Shown here: in pieces, positions 54,921-64,000 of the stretch
How the letters are laid out: every line of letters begins with the position of its first letter
How positions within the stretch are numbered: position 1 is the first letter of the stretch
NCBI RefSeq assembly: GCF_009914755.1
Contig: NC_060925.1
DNA: 64,000 nt
Source of the DNA: the human T2T-CHM13v2.0 reference genome, Homo sapiens
Reading direction: 5' to 3' (one strand)
The notes under the pieces: model-generated
What the model saw: the letters and a program-made list of their open reading frames with translations, nothing else
Databases searched by the model: none
Told to the model about the DNA's origin: nothing
Made by a program: the position numbers and the translations under genes

Positions 54921-55214
54921 ATCCCAAGCCAATTATGGAATTGAGGTGGAAGCAGGTGCAGGGGGAGGAAAGAGCATTAAGAGATGAGTCCAAGAGAAGA
55001 GCCATAATACAAACAAGAAGAATGATCTATCAAAGGGATCCACAGACATCAGATCTTCTGCACAGTGTGTCTAGTCTCACATTATAGTCTTACATTTCAT
55101 CTGCTATGCTCAAATGTATCCTAAAGTAGAACTAGGCAATTAAGATAAACCAACAGCTACAACAACAGAAACTTTAAATCCAGTGCAGCAGACATTAAAA
55201 TCTTCACCACTGCA

Positions 55215-55410
55215 AACCATTTACACCTTTTAATTCCTTTCAGGCTGTCTGCCACTGTGAGATATGGGCAACGTAACTATTATTCTCCCCATTTTACAGA
55301 TGAGTAACTTGATTCTTAGCAAAAGGATTGTTCAAGGTTACAAAGCTCAGTAGCAGAACTAAGATCTGGAACATAGACCTCTGATTGCAAATGCAGAGCT
55401 TTTTCCATAC
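55215..55410 (-). mobile_element. MIR
   Basis: tattattctccccattttacagatgagtaact...caaggttacaaagct. Confidence 0.85.
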
Positions 55411-56755
55411 ATTATTTCTCCACAGTCAGAATATATGCTCAACGAAAGTATAATCTAGCAACTGAATTCAAACCCTGGACTCCAGTGACTGCTCTAGAAT
55501 ATCTACATAATGGAATATTAGAAGGCAACCAGTAGGGAAAGATTTCCTTGAAGTTGCATAGGCAACATACTACATTTACTTAGATTGTTTGCACTCTCTA
55601 GGTTCTAGGCTGGTGTTGCTAGTGACTGTGAGAACTCTTGGAGTAGAGAGAAGAGCAGAGAAGACACATATTGATAATGAATTAAACCCCAAGGGCAACA
55701 CAGATATCTGTGACAAGTTGCCATGTAAAGCAGCATCCCAACTTCTACTACAAGAAATCTTAAAGGTTTTATTTTATTAATCAGGGACAGTGGCTCTTGA
55801 TATACCACTTAAGTCCACACCTGCAGGGTTTTGCACTGTGATTGAGTTGAAACAAATTCCACTTGCTTCTGTGGTAAAGAGACCTAGTTAAATAGACTAG
55901 CATTCCCCAACTAACTGCTAGCTAAATGAACGTCTTCCCACCAAAAACCAGGTATATTCTGCAGGGCTTAGAAACTGAAGAAACACCATCTTGAGACTTT
56001 AATCAGAGATTTTAGTGGCCAGATTTCAAGATCACCTGATGTGATCATATTTGAGGGGATTATTTTTGTATATGTCCAGAAATTTATTTGGAAGCAGTGA
56101 AAATATTCTCATTCTTCATGGTAAAAAATATTTTACAGCTCAATATGTCACATTCACTTGCATCTCCGTAATTTCACCTTGCTTCCTTGTTACTAAAATG
56201 CTTCCTGCTCAAGTCAATCTGATCCATCTAAATGCTACATGCTTGAAACCAGGTATTACCCCCTTACCGCTCTCACAGCACCCAGCACAATGCAGGGCCC
56301 ACAGCGGGATCTATATATTGGTCGACTTATTTTTTTAATGCACAATATTGAAGATTGCTCTTTAAAATTCATTCCATAGGATGGTAGATAATGTACATTT
56401 TTGCTGAGACTTGCCTACAAGGGATGCCACACCTTTAAGGGATCAGATCACTGGCTTTGAGGCTTAAAGCTCTCAATTCCAAAAGACACAGAGGGACAGC
56501 CCAAGTCATTCAAATAAGCTCACGATTTTATTTCATTTGAAAAGTAAACAATCATAAACAATTAAAATGGCAAGCTATAAAACAAGCATAAAACTTCCCA
56601 TTGTTCCATGATGTGCAGCTACTACATTAGCTTCATTGTCTATTGTTCATGGTGTTTGGCAAGAATGCTTTAGGCCTGAAAGTTTGCTTAAGGAACACTG
56701 GGAGTGCCAGACCTCTACATCCATGTCTCCCATGAGCATATCCCATTGAGTATAG

Positions 56756-57073
<318 letters not shown>

Positions 57074-59058
57074 TGAGTATAGTTTTCAAATTTTAAATTG
57101 CTCTAACTTACACTCAGAGCATAAACATTAGACTAGCCATGGGCACTTTTTTATTGATGGAGTACAATACGAAGAGATTTCACTGTAGGGGGAAACATCA
57201 GCAAATCAGAAGTGCAGAGATGATCCCAGCCAGTCCAAAATGAGAGGGGCAGATGTAGTCATCAACACAATTTCTGATGAATAAACATACCCTCTTGCAT
57301 TATTTTGCTGTTTGCCTGTTCTTCATGCTGTGTCTCTTTGGCAAAAGAGAGCCAATTTCTGGGTCTGAAAATGACTGTTAATCACATTTTTAAAAACATA
57401 TTTTAGCAAAGGATGAAAACACTCACAAATGCAGCTGAAATTTTTAAAGAGAAAGAGTGAAAAGCAACCCCACCCCTGCAGCCAAAACAACTCAGTGTGG
57501 GAACAGTGTCATGTTGACTCATCTCTGAAGACCAACTGATTTGTAAAATGATCAGAAATGAGGTGGCTGGCTCTGATTACCATTGTGATTTGCGGGTGTA
57601 TTTATCCTTTGATAGAAAATCTGTTCAAATGAATTCTCCCACATATATGCCATGCATCAAGCAATGCGCTTGACAGTGATCTTCATAAAGAACTGAGCCT
57701 TGTCAGAGGTTATCTTTTCATTCAAAGGTACAAAATGAAAGATGGAGATGTAACTCCACACCAAATTTGGCCCCGTGAAAAGAAGCTATAGAATGACTAT
57801 CTGAAGAGGCCAAGAGACTTTGAATAAAACAGGCAAAGACCAGGAAAACAATGACCTTGAATGGAAAATTATGGGAAATATGATTAAGGTAGCTGTGTGT
57901 AGACCAGGAAGCTAACGTAGGAAAATTAAGAGGATAGGGAAGTTTAATTCTCTTCTATAGAATATTAGCCCCTTACCTCCTTACCCATCCCTTGAGACAG
58001 ATTAGATCTTAAAATGCCTTTCATCTCTGGTAGACAGGTTGCAGCACCAATAGGCTAAAATATTCATGGGCAACAGCCTGCAAATTCCAACAAGCCACAT
58101 TAACTGCTTAGATATACTGACGATACCAAGGTTACCACCAAACGCCATCAACTCATAGTACCATATGATCTGCTTACTATGCAAATGTGTACATACGTGT
58201 GAAGTCTGATTATTATAAATAACTCATTTCCCAGCTGCGTACACACTCTACAGAAAAAATGACACATTGCCTGACTATCACTAAAAGATGCCAAGTGAAT
58301 GTGATTTATAAAATCAGTCTTCCAAACCTGTTTCTCCTGATTTTAGGTTCTGTGGGGAACATAAAAGGAAGTCCCAAGTGAAATGAGAGTTGTCTGACAT
58401 TCAATAAACAGGTTTATTGGTGGACACTACAATGCTAGAAACCAAGGCTGGCCTTCCTTGGAGCTAGTCTGAGTGGTGACTTGGTAAACTGTGAATTAAG
58501 CTGAATCATTGCACTGGCTCTGGAGGGAACAGAGGCTATGAGTGGCTAAATGGTTGCATACTATCCCGCTTCCTCTACACATTAGCTAATTAGTTGGCTG
58601 CCTACATGCAAAGCATTTGCTAGATAATCTCCCAAGGAAATAAAAAAAACTTCACTCCTCGTTTCAGTAGGTCCAGTCGAGAAACTAGCCTGGGATTGCT
58701 TTGGGATTGGTTTTGTCTTGGAGAAGACATAATGTCCACATATGCACAAACACACACCTCACTGTGGGTACCTCATATCTAGTTCCTAATCTAAATTCTC
58801 CCAGGGATTCCTCTGTGATCCTGACTTCCCAGCTTCAGGCTGCGATTGCCTTCCTCCTCTTGTGGCTACTCTGTCCCCAGGCTCACCCTCTGGCCCACCT
58901 CAGCCTGGATGTCTAGTTTCTTAGTACTTACCTAATTTGAACTACTTATCTCTTTAGCCCCGAGTTTTGTATACAACTTTGTTTTCACTTTTCTTCGTGC
59001 TAGCTTGTACCCCCTCTGCAGGATTACATATTCCTAGAAGCCCCACCATCATTGCAAT

Positions 59059-59237
59059 GAGGGACACATTCAGGCTTTGAGGTATCTGAAATGCATGCAA
59101 TTGAAAAGGGACTCTTTTTAAGAAGATGAGTACACAAATATAAATGTAAAGTAATAAGTAAAACTTTGGAGGGGACCCATGAAAGTGAGGTGACCTAGAG
59201 CTTGAGTTTCATCCATTTCTTAATAAATCTGCCTCTG
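59059..59237. mobile_element. Zaphod-related hAT MITE (MER53-like)
   Basis: tggaggggacccatgaaagtgagg...taaatctgcctctg resembles the reverse of the element end at 33020. The family name is from memory. Confidence 0.6.
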
Positions 59238-59877
59238 ATGTGGACACCGTCATTCTAGTGGATTGCCATTAAAGGCTTTTGGCCCATCTTCTGAGAAACC
59301 CATCTATTTCTACAGCACTTAGGACTTTTTCCTTGAGAATTTGAGATTTTAATAAAACTTGAAAGTGTTTATGCCCATAAGAGGTATGCAATCAATATCT
59401 GCAAATATAAATAATAAAAATGATAAGATGTGATCACAGGGACCCCAAACTCTCAATGCATAAAATGTGGGAAAAAGAAGCTCATGAATCCCACCTGTTA
59501 TCTTGGAAACTGCTACTGCTACATACCTAGCTTGATAGCATTTGAAATAGCTCCTAACTAGATAGTATTAGAAAACCCTTGTTTCGAGTTACTGATAGCA
59601 AGAAAATGACACTGACACTGGCAATTTAGAAAAGGCAAACTCAGAGGCTAAGTTTAGGCTAAGGAAATTACAGAGTACAAGAACACTTCTTCCGTCCTTT
59701 CCTTCCACAGGTTCCTCAAGCTGCCTCTCCCCACTGGCCTCCCACTTTGCCCTCAGTAGCTACAATTTGGCCAGAGAGTTCTCAAGCTAATTTCATACAC
59801 AGACCAGTGAGCAAGAATCCCTGCTCCTTTTTTTTCTGAGTTCTTTGAATATTACTGTATTATATCCTCAGGATTTC

Positions 59878-60294
59878 TATTCATAGTTTGCCCTAGGGCT
59901 ATTGTAACAAAGTACCACAAACTGAGTGGCTTAAACCACAGTAATATATTATCTCAGCTCTACAACTCAGAAGTTCAAAATCAAGGTGTTGATAGGGGTG
60001 GTTCCTTCTGAGGGTTGTGAGAAAATGTTCCAGGCTCTTCTTCTTGGCTTACAGATGGTTGTCTTCTCCATGAGTTTCTTCATATCATGTCTTCCTTCTA
60101 TGCATGTTGTCTCTGTGTCCAAATTTCTCCTTTTTTATAAGAGGATAATCCTGGATTGGAGCTCACCCTAATTGCATCATTTGAACTTGATTACCTCTGG
60201 AAAGGCTCTATCCCCAAACGGGATCACATTCCTCTGTACTGGAGGTTAGGACTCCAAAATATCTTTCTTGGAGTATACAATTCAACCCATAACA
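59878..60294 (-). mobile_element. MLT1B-like MaLR solo LTR
   Basis: ctagggctattgtaacaaagtaccacaaactgagtggcttaaac...caattcaacccataaca. Confidence 0.92.
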
Positions 60295-61313
60295 AAACTA
60301 TAAGCAGCTCTCTTTATTAGATGCTAAGAAAAAGTATGTGCAGCTAAGGTGACCATTAGTTCACTGAGCAAAGCAGATATTACCTTAGGATGTCAAAGGG
60401 GTGTTTGAAGACTGCATTACACTAATGCAAAAAACAGATTGAGAACTAACATGATGTTAAGTAACAAGTATAAATTTGGCAAAGAATAATGTAAAATTGC
60501 ATAACTTTTGTTGTTTTGCTTCCATGTCCATGGACATTTGAACAAGTAAACTCAATACATTACAGCTTTTTGAAGGACAGACAGTCCATAATCTCTGACA
60601 ATCTATAGTTCCTTTAAATGCCTCTCTGCCAGATAATTTAGGGCTCACAGAAAAGAGAGGTTAAGACCTATCACTTACCCCTGAAGTGTGACATTAGGCT
60701 TTAAATGTATTTCATCTCTGGATAAAAGATTGTTTAGTGCTTACTTTTTGAAGTATACATTAGCAACACAGGACCTAAGGATGGCATGTGAGATCATTTT
60801 AATTGCTAGAAGGGCCAGTCACTATTAGCTAAATGTCATCCCCCCTGAAAGAGTGGCCAAGCACAGTGCTCCCTGACTGGTAATTAGAATCTTGTTACCT
60901 CCTACCATTAAAATGAGGGGCTGAAACATTAGCACACCAGAGTGAATGAGGAGGGTAAATATGATTTGATGATCATGAAAATGAAAGCCAACTATTAAAG
61001 CAAGAGGAACAAGATATGAACGGATTGCATTTAGTGCCCACCTAGGTAAATAATGCTTTATCAGAGCAATGCTCCAAAAGGAGTGAAGGGTGCCTATCCA
61101 CCCTTCTTTGACTTCCTGCATCTGCTTGGAGGATTCCTTTGACCTTTGTTTTTTACCCCCTTTCCCTCCTTCCAAAATTTACTTTTGTGACTGCTGTGGG
61201 TGTTTGGGTTCTTATTTTAATTTATTTTAAAGTTTGATTTAAATTTGGAACCTGCATAAGACTTTTGACATTTATTTCTGGGGGTGTTTTCTGAAGCTGG
61301 ATGAAGTGGGTGT

Positions 61314-61349
61314 TGACTGACAGACAGGTTGCTATGGGAACAGCTGTCA
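61314..61349. promoter_or_regulatory. Candidate enhancer core: PBX-MEIS/PKNOX decamer, RFX X-box, E-box/MEIS
   Basis: TGACTGACAG 61314-61323, GTTGCTATGGGAAC 61328-61341, CAGCTGTCA 61341-61349, all in repeat-free DNA. Motif match only. Confidence 0.45.
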
Positions 61350-62801
61350 TTGCAGAGACTAAGGCTTTATTTCCTACTCTTCTTTTGTCAGGCAAAGGTT
61401 TGTGGGATATTTTAAAAATAGTATAAGTGCCCCAGAATTAATAGGAAATTGTTCAGTGACTCTTTTCTAACATACCTATCAAAACCTGCAATAGTTTTCA
61501 TTCTGTACTGCTCTGTTCTGCATATGGATTCATAACTTTTTTCTTTAAAACAAGTGCTTTCCAATATGGCTTTCTCTCATTGGTTGTTTGCTCTCCACAT
61601 TTCCCCTATGATACTGGTCCTCTATAAAATCATACAGGTAAGGAAATCAAAGTAATAAAAGGCATCCAACAGTCATCCCAAAGAAACATTCAACTAGTGT
61701 GACCATGGACTTGGGCGACCTATAAGCTCCATCCTGGTGCTTTATTTACTGGGCAACTTCTTCATCTTAGGATGTTAAAGAGGAAATTCAGGAGATGAGA
61801 AAATACATGCAAGTTAAAAGAGGAGCATATAAGTTATCTTAGACTTAAGTTGGGTTCAATTATTTTTATCTCTATTCATTTATTTATTCTCTACCTTTAG
61901 TAGCCTCTTGGAGATTTGAGTAGATGATTAAATAAGATGCAGGAGTTCTACATCAAATCCTAATCAGCCCCAAATCTTCTATTTCTCAGGTTGCTCATTC
62001 CACAGCGATTCATTACAGCTCCCAAACCAATTGAATTCTGAATACATTCCAAGCATCACTTAGAAAAATGACCAAAAAAAGCAGAAACCCCATTGAACAA
62101 TCTGCTCTGAAAATAAAGAAGATCAACCCTTCTCTAAACTCAGCTTTCTATGAACCCGAATCCAATCATCTCTTTTCTTGACAACAGGTACCTCCCTATA
62201 CTACTCCACATACCCACACAGTGCAGAACCCCATATAGGTTAGCTTCTGGATTTCTGAAAATAGTGCAGGGGCTGATTGTTTGCATTATTTTGTGTTTTT
62301 CTGGCTGCATTCAATTTCTACCATCTCTTCACTGGTCTTTCTTTGCTTCCTTTTACATGAATGTCCAATTTTGCATTTGTTAAGGGCCATCATCCAGACA
62401 CTGCTGGAAAAGCAAAATTTCACCTTAATAATGTTTCAGATGTACACTACCTAAACAAGAATTAAACTCATAGTTTAGACAAAGTAAAATATATAAAACA
62501 TAAATTTATTTCCTTGAAACTTGGCTCAAACTAGTATCTTTTCTTTCATCATTCCATTGGAGGAGGTTTATAGGGTTGTTTTTCTCTACACAGGAGCTCT
62601 AAGTGTTTATGTCATCCTGATACATGGAAATTTCCTTAATTAACTAAAATTGTGTACTCAATCATATTTTCTCACCTCCTGAAAATACCTATACAAGATG
62701 CAAGAGAGTTGTGAGGATCTTAATTACGTATGGCAAGCATGGTTTGATATTTCAGGAACCTCAGGTTTTGTTTGTGTGGGGGGTGAGAGGGGGCAGCTAG
62801 A

Positions 62802-63041
<240 letters not shown>

Positions 63042-63361
63042 GAGGGCGGCTAGATTTAAAGTGAGAAAGAAATATGCCGAGAAAGTTTGTGTCGATCTTA
63101 CCTTCCCCTTCTTATGGCTGATTTCAGGAGTAGACTGGAAGGGAGATCTTAGAACAGAGAAAAATGATGAACAAAATAAAAGAGGTTAGGAAAAGAAGCG
63201 AGTGATAGTGTGAGAATAAAATTCAATTGAAGAAAATGTTAAAAAGTGCTGAGAATATATTATCATAATGCAGACTGAGATAGTCTGCAGCTTACTCATC
63301 GCAAGTGTAACATTATTTGTACATTTTTAATAAAGCCAAGTGCCATTTCCTTTTTTTTTAA

Positions 63362-63560
63362 GATTGTATAATGGAACAGTTACTAAATTTGGAGTCAGAT
63401 GAGCTAGAATTTGGCTCTCATGTGATCCGATATGTGATCTTGGGCAAGTAACAATTTAGTTGAGACCATCTCTTCCTCAGAACAACACCCTGCCTCCCTA
63501 CAACCCAGAAAGCATTTAGAAAAACTGTAAACTACTCTCCAAATCTAAGTTATTATTATT
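63362..63560 (+). mobile_element. MIR
   Basis: ttggagtcagatga...tgtgatcttgggcaagt. Confidence 0.75.
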
Positions 63561-63612
63561 GTTTTCATCTTTCTTCTCCTTCTTTCCTTCATTCTCCAAC
63601 TTCTACTACCAG

Positions 63613-63651
63613 TTATCATCATCATCCTCATCATCATTGTCATTATCATCA
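63613..63651. repeat. Degenerate (TCA)n
   Basis: ttatcatcatcatcctcatcatcattgtcattatcatca. Confidence 0.85.
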
Positions 63652-64000
63652 CTAGGGGAAAGTATCTGGGCTGGAAATCCTGTTTTAGCATTTGTTCCCA
63701 GTAGTCACATACTTATAAATGATTTACCTACAAATTCCGGAAAAGAACCATCAAAAGAGATTTTCCTTATATCTCCTCTATTTGACTTTGCTGATCATAT
63801 CTCTAAAGCTAGGTGTTCTGCTATATTTTGCTATAAATGGATCCAATTTGGCCAATGACATTAAATTATTAATCTGGAGTAAGCAATGAGTATTTATGTA
63901 ATTCACTTGCAAACTGTAATTGTCAATTAGAATATCCAATGCCTATATATCTAGGCATACGTCCATACAGTTTATCCTCATGCAATACAGGAAAATTGAA

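Noticed and set aside
60344-60420. MER81/Blackjack-like fragment
   Set aside because: Only one terminus (taaggtgacca) resembles the family, too degenerate to call.

Overview
This is primate, most likely human, AT-rich and CpG-depleted non-coding DNA: a long intron or an intergenic region. Much of it is interspersed repeat: 11 Alus (J, S and Y lineages), old L1M fragments, many L2 and MIR relics, MaLR/ERVL solo LTRs, and hAT and Tigger DNA-transposon fossils. I found no convincing protein-coding sequence, RNA gene, CpG island or CRISPR array, and I could not name a host gene. The supplied ORFs are repeat-derived or chance. I did not find a new biological system. The best directly visible oddities are: (1) two colinear patches copied from a neighbouring L2 into an L1MA, plus other templated or fold-back repair scars; (2) a nested AT-rich palindrome with a perfect 44-bp core; (3) a (GGGAT)n G-quadruplex-type microsatellite; (4) unverified minus-strand micro-exon and first-exon candidates; (5) an RFX/PBX-MEIS/E-box motif cluster. 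Repeat subfamily names come from recalled consensus sequences, and boundaries are approximate unless a target-site duplication (TSD) is quoted.
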